In this document: in pieces, positions 38,877-47,649 of the stretch | How the letters are laid out: each line of letters opens with the position of its first letter | How positions within the stretch are numbered: position 1 is the stretch's first letter | Assembly: GCA_964472715.1 (NCBI GenBank) | Contig: CAYYMT010000005.1 | Coordinates: 1 to 53,769 of the forward strand | Source: an uncultured bacterium | Lineage (GTDB): Bacteria; Fidelibacterota; UBA2242; JAFGTP01 | Direction: 5' to 3' | Length of the DNA stretch: 53,769 nt | Notes under the pieces: model-generated | The model's input: the letters and a program-made list of their open reading frames with translations, nothing else | Told to the model about the DNA's origin: nothing | The model's database searches: none | Made by a program: the position numbers and the translations under genes

Positions 38877-40291
38877 ATTATAAATCTTTCGAATCTCAAA
38901 ATAAATTCATTATTTTTCTGGCTTTGTCCGGGTCAGCAATTTTAGCCTTTGTGCTGAACAAAACCGACATCCAGTTTGCCCTGATGGCGACGATCGGCCT
39001 GGGCCTGATCATTACAACATTTTTTAACACCAAACTGGCGATTTATATCTTAATTTTTTCAATGCTGCTCAGCCCGGAATTCGGATCAAGGACGACCCGG
39101 GGATCAGGTTTTACGATAAGACTGGACGATATTATTCTTTCCATTATTGTCTTTACCTGGATCGCAAAAATAGCGATTTACCAGGAATTTAAACTTATCC
39201 ACCGTACAAAAATACATAAAGCCATCGCCTATTATATGACGGTTTGTATTATATCCACAGGCCTTGGCATGCTCCGGGGGGATGTTAATTATCTCACCGG
39301 TTTTTTCTTCCTATTTAAATATTTTCAATATTTTGTCATTTTTTTCATGGTATTCTCATACATTAAAACTAAAGAGGAAGTTCAACATTTTTATTTTGCT
39401 TTGCTGGCCACTTTTATCATTGTGGTGATCATCGCAATTGCACAGATTCCCGGCGGTGACCGTCTAACAGCTCCTTTTGAAGGAGAAGGTGGTGAACCGA
39501 ACACTTTAGGCGGATATTTACTCCTGATCATTGCAGTAAATCTGAGTATCGTCTTTTACAGCGATACTATTAAAAAATTGTGGATCAAGCGTCTGGTGCT
39601 GTTTGCCACAATGATTTCCGTAATTCCTTTTTTGCTGACCAATTCACGGGGATCATGGGTTGCCGGAATACCGGTGGCGATATCTTATATTTTACTACGG
39701 AAGAGCCGGAATATTGCGCTGATGTTTGTTCTTTTCTTACTGATTTTATCACCCTTTTTACTGCCGGAGACAGTAATTAACCGGGTTACCTATACTTTTC
39801 AGGAGCAGCGGGGATATGCCCGCTCACTACAGGAAGAAGTCGGCGGAATTATCCTGGACACATCCGCTTCAGAGCGACTTCGCAGTTGGCGGGATGCTTT
39901 TCAGGCTTTGCCGAAGCATATTATTTTTGGATATGGCATCACAGGCTGGCGTTTTCTGGACGCCCAGTATATACGGGTTCTGATTGAAACCGGTTTAATC
40001 GGCCTGATCGCTTTTTTTTATCTCTTATATGCATTGACTTCGGAAATCTGGCGTGTCTACAAAACCACTGAGGATTCTTTTTTTAAAGCGCTCTCCCTGG
40101 GTTTGTTCATCGGCATGCTGGGAATATTGTTTCATTGTATCGGAGCCAACACTTTTATTATTATCCGTATCATGGAACCCTTTTATTTATTGTGCGGAAT
40201 GGTTATGGCTGTTCCCAAACTGGAAGGGAGAAAGGAATTTTTTAATGAGCAACAGCAAATTCAAGCGGAATTACATCCCCAAAGTGCGTGA
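38873..40291 (+). CDS. O-antigen ligase/polymerase family membrane protein (Wzy-like)
   Basis: 472 aa with about 10-12 TM segments and a central loop containing LTNSRGSWVAG, which is Wzy_C-like. The start is TTG. It sits in an EPS locus. Confidence 0.65.
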   Translation: MNYKSFESQNKFIIFLALSGSAILAFVLNKTDIQFALMATIGLGLIITTFFNTKLAIYILIFSMLLSPEFGSRTTRGSGFTIRLDDIILSIIVFTWIAKIAIYQEFKLIHRTKIHKAIAYYMTVCIISTGLGMLRGDVNYLTGFFFLFKYFQYFVIFFMVFSYIKTKEEVQHFYFALLATFIIVVIIAIAQIPGGDRLTAPFEGEGGEPNTLGGYLLLIIAVNLSIVFYSDTIKKLWIKRLVLFATMISVIPFLLTNSRGSWVAGIPVAISYILLRKSRNIALMFVLFLLILSPFLLPETVINRVTYTFQEQRGYARSLQEEVGGIILDTSASERLRSWRDAFQALPKHIIFGYGITGWRFLDAQYIRVLIETGLIGLIAFFYLLYALTSEIWRVYKTTEDSFFKALSLGLFIGMLGILFHCIGANTFIIIRIMEPFYLLCGMVMAVPKLEGRKEFFNEQQQIQAELHPQSA

Positions 40292-40529
40292 AGATCTTTT
40301 GTTCAAAGAACTGGACGATGGCGGGGTTGTCTATATTCCGGCCACAGATGAATGCCACTCACTGAATGCAACCTCAGCTTATATCTGGGCCCTTTGTGAT
40401 GGTAAGCATTCCGTCGGCACTATCATAGACGCTATTAAGCGGGATTTTAATACTTTTGATATTTCACCGGAAGATGCGGTATTTAATTTGCTGCACCAAC
40501 TGCAAGACAAAAATTTACTTGAGGATTGA
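40245..40529 (+). CDS. PqqD-family protein (RiPP recognition element-like peptide chaperone)
   Basis: 94 aa. The pattern KVREDLLFKELDDGGVVYIPATDECHSLNATSAYIWALCDGKHSVGTIIDAIKRDF...EDAVFNLLHQLQDKNLL matches the PqqD winged-helix pattern. GGAAGGGAGAAAGGAA lies upstream of ATG 40245. The 5' part of ORF 40053-40529 overlaps wzy and is discarded. Confidence 0.7.
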   Translation: MSNSKFKRNYIPKVREDLLFKELDDGGVVYIPATDECHSLNATSAYIWALCDGKHSVGTIIDAIKRDFNTFDISPEDAVFNLLHQLQDKNLLED

Positions 40530-41380
40530 TGACAAACTTACAGGTTTCTTTCAACAACAATTCCATTGGCATTTCCATTCCTGAGGAAATAATTTCATTG
40601 GTTCATCAGAATATATTCTCAGAAGTTATTTCTGATTGTCTTAAGGACCAGGTTGATTTTTCAGTGCTGCGCAAGGATAATGTTTTTCATCTGTTCCACC
40701 AGAACCGGGAAATATACTCTACTGAAAATCCTCATGAACTGGTTTATACGCTGGAATGGAATGTTGTTGATGAACTGATAAACTTGAGTACCGGTGTTTT
40801 TCAAATTCACGGCGCAACTCTCAATCACAGGGATAAAAGTTTTCTTTTCATTGGTGAACCGGGAAGCGGAAAAACCAGTTTGTCCATTTTATTATCAAAA
40901 CTCGGCATGAATTTTTTGTCCGATGAAGTAAGCCTGGTGGATTTGCACAATTACAATGCTTATCCTTTTCCGCGTAACCTGATTATCAAACAGCATCTTC
41001 TAGAATTAATTTCAATTCCCGCTGCCCATCAGCCTTTATTAATTGATGCCAAGGAAGATCAGAAAGAAAAGGCCTTCTTTTTACCGATCAGTCACTTTGC
41101 GGGCAACAATCAGTTTTCAGTAAATAAGGTTGCCAAAATATTTTTTTTAGCGCCGGTTAATGATATAGGATTCAACATTCAATTAATTGGCGACCATCAG
41201 GCATTTAACCGGATAACACCACAGATTTTTAATATCGGCGAAATACAGTATTTTCATGAAAAAATCATTCATTTGATAACGGAAATTCCTACTTTTATAT
41301 TAGAAATTGAAAAACCATTATTATTGTCTGATCTCCGGCAGCAAAAGTTGCTGGAGAAAATTTTAAGCGAGGTGAATTGA
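40529..41380 (+). CDS. HPr kinase/phosphorylase C-terminal-domain-like P-loop kinase (HprK-related)
   Basis: HGATLNHRDKSFLFIGEPGSGKTSLSILLSKLGMNFLSDEVSLVD parallels the HprK motif HG..V...G.GVLI.G.SG.GKS..AL.L...GH.LV.DD. Its ATG overlaps the PqqD TGA (TGATG). Confidence 0.7.
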   Translation: MTNLQVSFNNNSIGISIPEEIISLVHQNIFSEVISDCLKDQVDFSVLRKDNVFHLFHQNREIYSTENPHELVYTLEWNVVDELINLSTGVFQIHGATLNHRDKSFLFIGEPGSGKTSLSILLSKLGMNFLSDEVSLVDLHNYNAYPFPRNLIIKQHLLELISIPAAHQPLLIDAKEDQKEKAFFLPISHFAGNNQFSVNKVAKIFFLAPVNDIGFNIQLIGDHQAFNRITPQIFNIGEIQYFHEKIIHLITEIPTFILEIEKPLLLSDLRQQKLLEKILSEVN

Positions 41381-42507
41381 TGATCACAAATTTCCGTGGA
41401 TTGCTTAATGATAAAATCAGAATTGAAGCATTTCAACAAGCTATTAATGAACTGGTCACTCCTGAACATTCCGTACTGGAAATCGGTTTCGCCCTGGGGA
41501 CTTATTCCTTTTTTGCAGCCCGCCGGAATGCTCGTAAAGTGTATGCTATTGAAATGGATCATATTTATTATGCCGGCATCGAAATCGCGAGACGGAACGA
41601 TCTATTGGACAAAATAGATTTTATCAAAGGAAAATCAACTGAGATAGATATTGATGAAAAAGTTGATTTTATCATAATGGAAGACTATTCTCCTTTTTTT
41701 ATTTACGAAAATCTGGAGAAAACCATTATTGACGCCCGCAGGCGCTTTTTGAAACCCGGTGGTAGATTTATCCCCAATGAGATTATTCTGAAAGTGGCAC
41801 CGGTTGAAGCCTTTTCATTACATGAACAGATCGATCTTTGGCAAAAAGAAAACAACGTGCTTTATAAAATAAATTGGGATTATACCACGGAACTGGCTTT
41901 TAACCGGCCTTATTACGCGGAATCCCATCCATTGAAAATGCTGGCGGGTGAATCAATCATAAAAACAATTGATCTCTCCAAAGATTCAAACTTCCCATTT
42001 GTATTCCAGGCAGACGTTGAAATTACCGGCGACGGAACGCTTCATGGGCTGGCGGGGTGGTGGGATACTTATTTCACACCCACACAATCCTTTTCCAATT
42101 CCCCTGCCGAACCCAATAATACCTGGGGGCAGATGTTTTTTCCTTTCCAATACCCGATCAAAGTTCGAAAAGGAGACCGGCTTAATTTTCAGATTCAGGT
42201 GCTGGAATCCCGGAAATCAGGAAATATTGATTTTAAATGGCAGGTCGAACATTCTTCATCGATACAAGAATATAATTCCTTCCGGGGGAGTTTCATGCCC
42301 GCCATGTCGGAAATATCAACCGCCAGCAAAACTCAATCTAAACTTAACACCGAGGGTAAGATAGCCTACTATATTCTTGATTTATTGCATAAAGGACTGG
42401 ATATTAATACAATTGGCACAAAGCTTGACAAAAAATTTGCTAATAGTCGTGTCAGCAGAGAAAAATATCAGGAAATTCTGGATAATATCCTGGAACAATT
42501 TATTTAA
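41380..42507 (+). CDS. Protein arginine N-methyltransferase (PRMT)-like class I SAM methyltransferase
   Basis: It has LLNDKIRIEAFQQAI (PRMT N-terminal helix), VLEIGFALGTYSFFAARRNARKVYAIE (motif I/post I), and VDFIIMEDYSPFFIYE (double-E loop equivalent). Further matches are RRFLKPGGRFIP, GLAGWWDTYF, and NTWGQMFFPF (THW-loop equivalent). Its ATG overlaps the upstream TGA. Confidence 0.7.
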   Translation: MITNFRGLLNDKIRIEAFQQAINELVTPEHSVLEIGFALGTYSFFAARRNARKVYAIEMDHIYYAGIEIARRNDLLDKIDFIKGKSTEIDIDEKVDFIIMEDYSPFFIYENLEKTIIDARRRFLKPGGRFIPNEIILKVAPVEAFSLHEQIDLWQKENNVLYKINWDYTTELAFNRPYYAESHPLKMLAGESIIKTIDLSKDSNFPFVFQADVEITGDGTLHGLAGWWDTYFTPTQSFSNSPAEPNNTWGQMFFPFQYPIKVRKGDRLNFQIQVLESRKSGNIDFKWQVEHSSSIQEYNSFRGSFMPAMSEISTASKTQSKLNTEGKIAYYILDLLHKGLDINTIGTKLDKKFANSRVSREKYQEILDNILEQFI

Positions 42508-42626
42508 AATATTACCCACTAAGCTCCTCGTGAAATGGGAGTGACGTGGCGGAGCCATATCTAAACAAATATTATAAACACTCAATTTCAAGAAGCCCCA
42601 TTTTTTACGAGCAACAGACCCGGATT

Positions 42627-44072
42627 ATGATTCTAAAAAAAATTTTCATATCGTCCTCAATATGGATACTGCTTTCCACAGTCTATTCCCGTATTCTGAC
42701 GTTTACTGTGACCATTATTTTAGCCAAATTACTTGTTCCGGAAGATTTTGGTATTGTGGCTTTTGCGATGCTGATAACCGGGACAATTTCAATTTTTCGC
42801 GAGCTGGGCCTAAACAGATCTTTGATCTACGTCAAGGGTGATCAAAAAGAGTATGGCAATACAGCTTTTTGGTTAATACTGGCATGGTCTGCTTTCTTAT
42901 ATTTTCTTGTATTAATATTCGCCCGGCCCATTGCCGCTTTCTTTGATGAATCAATCCTAAAACAGATCCTTCCTGTTTCATCTCTGTCAATTATAATCTT
43001 ATCGGTTACAGAAGTGCCCCTGGCTCTCAGTGAAAAAAATTTAAACTTCAGGAAAAGAGTATTACCTGATATAATCAAAGTCACAACTTATACCATAATT
43101 ACTCTACTTCTTGCTTCCAGAGGGCTTGCCTATTGGTCTATAATTTTTGGTAATCTGGCCTCTGATATTATATATGCCCTATCCACTCTTATTATTATGC
43201 GTTGGTTTCCACATTTTGTATTTTCAAGGCCGGCTGCGAAAAAATTACTCTTTTACGGAAAAAATATAATTGGCATGGGCCTGACCCATTTTACAATCGG
43301 CCACATAGATGATACTTTTGTTGGAAAGATATTGGGAACCAATTTTTTAGGCCACTACACCTTCGCTTTTAGAATTGGCAATTTGTTATCAAAAAACCTG
43401 TCAGGCATTTTCAGTAAGGTTCTGTTTCCAATATATAATAAAATTTCACATTCAAAATGGGATTTAGCCAATGCAATAACCAAATTTTATAACCAACTGA
43501 TCATAATAAGTATTCCTGTTAGTGTTGGTATGATTTTTTTCCTACCGGACTTAATTACTGTTTTTTATGACCATAAGTGGGACATGGCAATCATACCTTT
43601 ACAATTGATCACACTGCAAGGGCTGATTCGCAGCCTTGGAATACCAATCGGCCCCTTCTATTTGTCCATCGGGAAACCAGGCATTAGTTTAAAAATTAGT
43701 ATTGCACAATTAATTTTAATTGTAATCTTAATCTATCCTTTTATCCTTAAATGGCAGTTGATTGGCGTTTGTATTGTCAATATCATCGGCCGTATTTTTA
43801 CTGTAGCGACACATTATGTACTGTCAAAAAAATATTTGGGTTTAAAATATGGTAAAATGCTGATAAAAACACTTAATGTTCTGGCAGTATCTATCTTAAT
43901 CGCTTTCATTATCTCAAATTTTGCCAAAACACAACTGACAATTTCAACAATATTAATCAAAGGGATGATTTATTCAATAATAACCTATCTAATATTATAC
44001 GTCACACAGCATGAAACAAGACTATTATTGAATGATATTTTCAACCAGATAAGAGATAAAGTTAAGGAATAG
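42627..44072 (+). CDS. Polysaccharide flippase (Wzx; MOP superfamily)
   Basis: About 12-14 TM segments with a typical Polysacc_synt N-terminus (SSIWILLSTVYSRILTFTVTIILAKLLVPEDFGIVA). The start is taken at ATG 42627 rather than ORF-track 42546. Confidence 0.8.
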   Translation: MILKKIFISSSIWILLSTVYSRILTFTVTIILAKLLVPEDFGIVAFAMLITGTISIFRELGLNRSLIYVKGDQKEYGNTAFWLILAWSAFLYFLVLIFARPIAAFFDESILKQILPVSSLSIIILSVTEVPLALSEKNLNFRKRVLPDIIKVTTYTIITLLLASRGLAYWSIIFGNLASDIIYALSTLIIMRWFPHFVFSRPAAKKLLFYGKNIIGMGLTHFTIGHIDDTFVGKILGTNFLGHYTFAFRIGNLLSKNLSGIFSKVLFPIYNKISHSKWDLANAITKFYNQLIIISIPVSVGMIFFLPDLITVFYDHKWDMAIIPLQLITLQGLIRSLGIPIGPFYLSIGKPGISLKISIAQLILIVILIYPFILKWQLIGVCIVNIIGRIFTVATHYVLSKKYLGLKYGKMLIKTLNVLAVSILIAFIISNFAKTQLTISTILIKGMIYSIITYLILYVTQHETRLLLNDIFNQIRDKVKE

Positions 44073-44147
44073 AGAAACTCATTAATGACTTTTAATCTAA
44101 TAAATTTTATTTTCGCGGTTTCAATTCATAATAAATAAACATAACAA

Positions 44148-45299
44148 TTACCCAATCTCGTTTAAAAACTCATTGATGTTAGTCCGTATATTAAATTTAT
44201 CGTGAATCGTCTGAATGCCATTTTTAGTTATTTTTTTTTGCAATTCCTGATCATTGTACAACTTTTCCACAGCATCAGCAATTGCTGCTGAATCCTCAGG
44301 AGGAACAAGTAACCCATTCACTCCATTTTCAACAAGTTCCGGCATTCCGGTTATATTCGTAACAATAGTCGGAAGGCCGAGCGCCATGGCCTCCATGGCA
44401 GAGATGGCAATGCCTTCGGATAAACTGGGCAGAACAAAAATATGGCAATTTTTCAGGAATGCCAAAACATCATGATGAGGGAGAGTTCCTTTTAGAATAA
44501 CATGCTTTTGCAGGTGCATCTCATTTATTTGTTTATTGATTTCCTTTTTCAAAGACCCGTCTCCGATAATGTAACATATAAAATTAATCTTCTTTTTGCG
44601 GAGAAGCGCACAAGCATCAACCAGATATTTTACACCTTTAACTTTTCTGAGCCAGGTGGTTGATACGATTTTCAATGGCCGGGACAATGGCGATTTGGGT
44701 GAAGGAATCAGTTTATCAACCTGTATTCCGTGATGAATAACCCTGATATTCTCTTTATTGATTCCGGATATTTTTGAAATTTGTTCTTTGTTATAGCGGG
44801 AAAGGGTAAAAAATGGCCGGCTGTTATTGACCAGAAATTTAAAATGGGGAATTCTTTTTATTAATACATCAGTACCTCTTCCGGAACAACTAAATCTTAT
44901 TTTTAAAAATTGTGCAATCAACAGACTTTTCAATGCCGCATTATTGGCAAAATAGGCATGAATATGATCCGGGTTGCTTTTCTCTATATTTTTCAGTAAC
45001 GACAATGTTAAAACAGATTCCTGATATCCTAAATATTTTTTGCTGAATAATATAAATTCCCGGCTATAATTTGGATTAAAGATCATAATGAATAATGAAA
45101 TAACAAACTTTTTAAATAGAGAAATATTGGGATTATATATTACCGGCACTTTCAGATCATCATTGCCCTGTCGAGTATAGGATTTCCAAATTGGTGCAAT
45201 CTCAACATCATAACCTTTTTCCAATAAAACCGAAATTTCATCAATGAATCCCTGATGTTTATGGGCCGGATAATAAGGAACTGTATAGAGTATTTTCAT
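44148..45299 (-). CDS. Glycosyltransferase family 4
   Basis: It has the C-terminal GT-B motif PSLSEGIAISAMEAMALGLPTIVTNITGMPELVENGVNGLLVPP. It is the only minus-strand gene in the EPS locus. Confidence 0.85.
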   Translation of the reverse strand: MKILYTVPYYPAHKHQGFIDEISVLLEKGYDVEIAPIWKSYTRQGNDDLKVPVIYNPNISLFKKFVISLFIMIFNPNYSREFILFSKKYLGYQESVLTLSLLKNIEKSNPDHIHAYFANNAALKSLLIAQFLKIRFSCSGRGTDVLIKRIPHFKFLVNNSRPFFTLSRYNKEQISKISGINKENIRVIHHGIQVDKLIPSPKSPLSRPLKIVSTTWLRKVKGVKYLVDACALLRKKKINFICYIIGDGSLKKEINKQINEMHLQKHVILKGTLPHHDVLAFLKNCHIFVLPSLSEGIAISAMEAMALGLPTIVTNITGMPELVENGVNGLLVPPEDSAAIADAVEKLYNDQELQKKITKNGIQTIHDKFNIRTNINEFLNEIG

Positions 45300-45349
45300 A
45301 TTTTTATAAAAATTATTGATAATTTTTTCAACTTAACTAATTTCAATAT

Positions 45350-46579
45350 ATGAAAAAAGTACTTTTTATAACTGATCAATATCCTCCCGCAGCCACAGGA
45401 GGCGTTTTCCGTTCTTTATATTTTACCGGTAACCTGGAAAATTATGGATGGAATCCGACTGTCTTAACAAATAAAAATAAACTCAGTTGGACATACGATC
45501 CTGAATTATTAAAAAAAACACCAAAAAATATTGATATTATCAGAACAAATGAGTGGAATACCCTATATCTACATATTTTGCTATCCAAATTAAAATTGAA
45601 TAGACTCTATGATTTTATTGAAAAGAAATTACTCATACCGGATAAAAAAATAGGCTGGCTGCTAACCGCTTTATTAAAAGGAAAACAACTCCTGCAATCT
45701 CAGAATTTTGATCTTATTTTTTCTACATCCCCTTCTGTTTGCAGCCATATGATCGCAATGAAATTATCCAAAAAGTATAACCTTCCCTGGATATGTGAAT
45801 TTCGTGATCTATGGACAATACTACCGACATATAAATTCAAAGGAACGCAACGTGCAAAAATTGAGAAAAAAATGGAGTATGAGTTTCTCAAAAAAGCCAT
45901 AAAAATTATCCTGGTTTCCAATACATTTAAAACACAATTCATCAGTCATTATCCTTCAATTTCTCCGGACAAATTCAAGGTGATTTATAATGGTTTTGAA
46001 AAACTGAAACCAATCAAAAAATCAATTAATAATCAACAACTAACTATTATTTATACCGGATCAATGTACGGTTCATATTATCCGTCAAAACTTTATGAAC
46101 AGTTAGATAATATCATAAAAAACCAGCCTGAAATTTCAGTAAAATTCATATTTGTCGGTAAAGTTGAAAATAATATCAAAAATGCATTAAATGCATACAA
46201 AACCATCGAAACCGATTTTTTAGGCTACAGAACCAAAGAAGAACTACCTCACATTCTGGCAAAAGCGGATGCTCTGCTACTTTTTCAGATGGGCAATTAT
46301 ATTTCCATTCCATCTAAAGTCTTCGAATATCTTGCCTATCAGAAACCAATTCTGGCGATTGTGCAGGATTCGGAATTAGAGAATATCGTGTCTACAACAA
46401 ATATAGCATATTGTGCTTCACCAACAGAGCCCAATGAAATCGAAAATCAATTTCTTAGCCTTTATGAAGATTGGAAGCATAACTCTCTTCCCATAGCAAC
46501 AGCAATCGAGACCCTAACGCCTTATAGTCGAAGCTATCAATGTCATCAGTTGGCAAAAATCTTCAATGAGGTCATATGA
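45350..46579 (+). CDS. Glycosyltransferase (GT-B fold, GT4-like)
   Basis: N-terminal VLFITDQYPPAATGGVFRS and C-terminal IPSKVFEYLAYQKPILAIV support a GT-B fold. Confidence 0.75.
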   Translation: MKKVLFITDQYPPAATGGVFRSLYFTGNLENYGWNPTVLTNKNKLSWTYDPELLKKTPKNIDIIRTNEWNTLYLHILLSKLKLNRLYDFIEKKLLIPDKKIGWLLTALLKGKQLLQSQNFDLIFSTSPSVCSHMIAMKLSKKYNLPWICEFRDLWTILPTYKFKGTQRAKIEKKMEYEFLKKAIKIILVSNTFKTQFISHYPSISPDKFKVIYNGFEKLKPIKKSINNQQLTIIYTGSMYGSYYPSKLYEQLDNIIKNQPEISVKFIFVGKVENNIKNALNAYKTIETDFLGYRTKEELPHILAKADALLLFQMGNYISIPSKVFEYLAYQKPILAIVQDSELENIVSTTNIAYCASPTEPNEIENQFLSLYEDWKHNSLPIATAIETLTPYSRSYQCHQLAKIFNEVI

Positions 46580-47649
46580 AGATCTGTATTCTGAGCGATG
46601 GGTCATCAATTCATATTCAGGAATGGGCCAGATATTTTCGTGACCTCGGGCATACGATATATTTGATCAGTGAAAAACCTGTTAAGATTTCCGGTATTAC
46701 AGTCTGTCAGATCAAAAAATATGAACACAAAATACACCTTCCAATCATATCATCTATCTACCAAATCTTTCGAAAAGTAATATCAATAAAACAAATTCTT
46801 GACGAAATCCAACCGGACATTCTACATTCACACTATGCCAATATTTATGGCTTTTTAGGGGCTTTGTCTAAGTTTCATCCCCATATCATGACCTGCCACG
46901 GCTCTGATTTACTTGTCCATCCCCGGAATTCCCGGATAGAAAAACTATTCGTCAAATACGCCCTGCATAGGGCTGACGCCATTACCCTACCCTCTTCCCA
47001 AATGAAAGATAAGGCGATGGAATTCGGCGCTCCGGCAGAAAAAATCCATAAAATACAATACGGCATTGAAACCGGTAAATTTTCACTAACAACTAAAACT
47101 GACAATAAAATTAATCTATTATCCACCAGAAACCTGACTCAGCAGTATTGTACGGAGCTTATTCTGAAGGCGGTTTCCAATCTGAAAGACACTTTCCCCA
47201 ATATTCATCTAACCATCGCGGGAAATGGTCCGGAAAAAGAAAAACTGGTTGCACAGACCAATCGCCTGGATATTGAAGATTCAGTGACTTTTGCAGGGCA
47301 TGTTGACCATACAAAAATTCCCGAATTATACAAAGACGCCGAAATTTATATAACAGCATCTCCTACTGATGGATTGTCCATTTCACTATTGGAAGCCTTT
47401 GCCAGCGGATTATTGCCGGTACTGCCTGATAATCCGTCCAATTCGGAATTAAAACAATATGGTTTCAATTTTATCCTTTATCAAAGCGGTAATTCTGAGG
47501 ATCTGACAAATAAATTAAAAATTGCCATTAAAGAAATTAAAAATTTTGCATCCAGGAAACGGGACAATCGAAAATTAATAGAGCAATTTTTTGACAGGGA
47601 TAAAAATTTTAAAAAAATAAACGCAATATATCACCAATTAATAAAATGA
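46576..47649 (+). CDS. Glycosyltransferase family 4
   Basis: The motif ASPTDGLSISLLEAFASGLLPVLPDNPSNSEL (E-x7-E-like) is present, and an ATGA overlap links it to the upstream gene. Confidence 0.8.
   Translation: MKICILSDGSSIHIQEWARYFRDLGHTIYLISEKPVKISGITVCQIKKYEHKIHLPIISSIYQIFRKVISIKQILDEIQPDILHSHYANIYGFLGALSKFHPHIMTCHGSDLLVHPRNSRIEKLFVKYALHRADAITLPSSQMKDKAMEFGAPAEKIHKIQYGIETGKFSLTTKTDNKINLLSTRNLTQQYCTELILKAVSNLKDTFPNIHLTIAGNGPEKEKLVAQTNRLDIEDSVTFAGHVDHTKIPELYKDAEIYITASPTDGLSISLLEAFASGLLPVLPDNPSNSELKQYGFNFILYQSGNSEDLTNKLKIAIKEIKNFASRKRDNRKLIEQFFDRDKNFKKINAIYHQLIK

Noticed and set aside
40053-40244. 5' extension of the PqqD-like ORF (track start 40053)
   Set aside because: This part overlaps the 3' end of the Wzy-like gene in another frame and translates to a hydrophobic shadow sequence. 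ATG 40245 has a purine-rich RBS and gives a typical 94-aa PqqD length.
40245-42507. Lasso-peptide biosynthetic cluster interpretation
   Set aside because: PqqD plus an HprK-like kinase is reminiscent of phosphorylated lasso peptide clusters. However, no asparagine-synthetase-like cyclase, transglutaminase-like protease or precursor gene is present in the window.
42546-42626. N-terminal 27-aa extension of the Wzx ORF, and a 9-codon ORF (ATGGGAGTG...) in the PRMT-wzx spacer, considered as possible precursor peptides
   Set aside because: Neither has an RBS or leader/core-like features. Flippases normally start at the hydrophobic MILKKIF segment. The sequences are too short to evaluate without comparative data.
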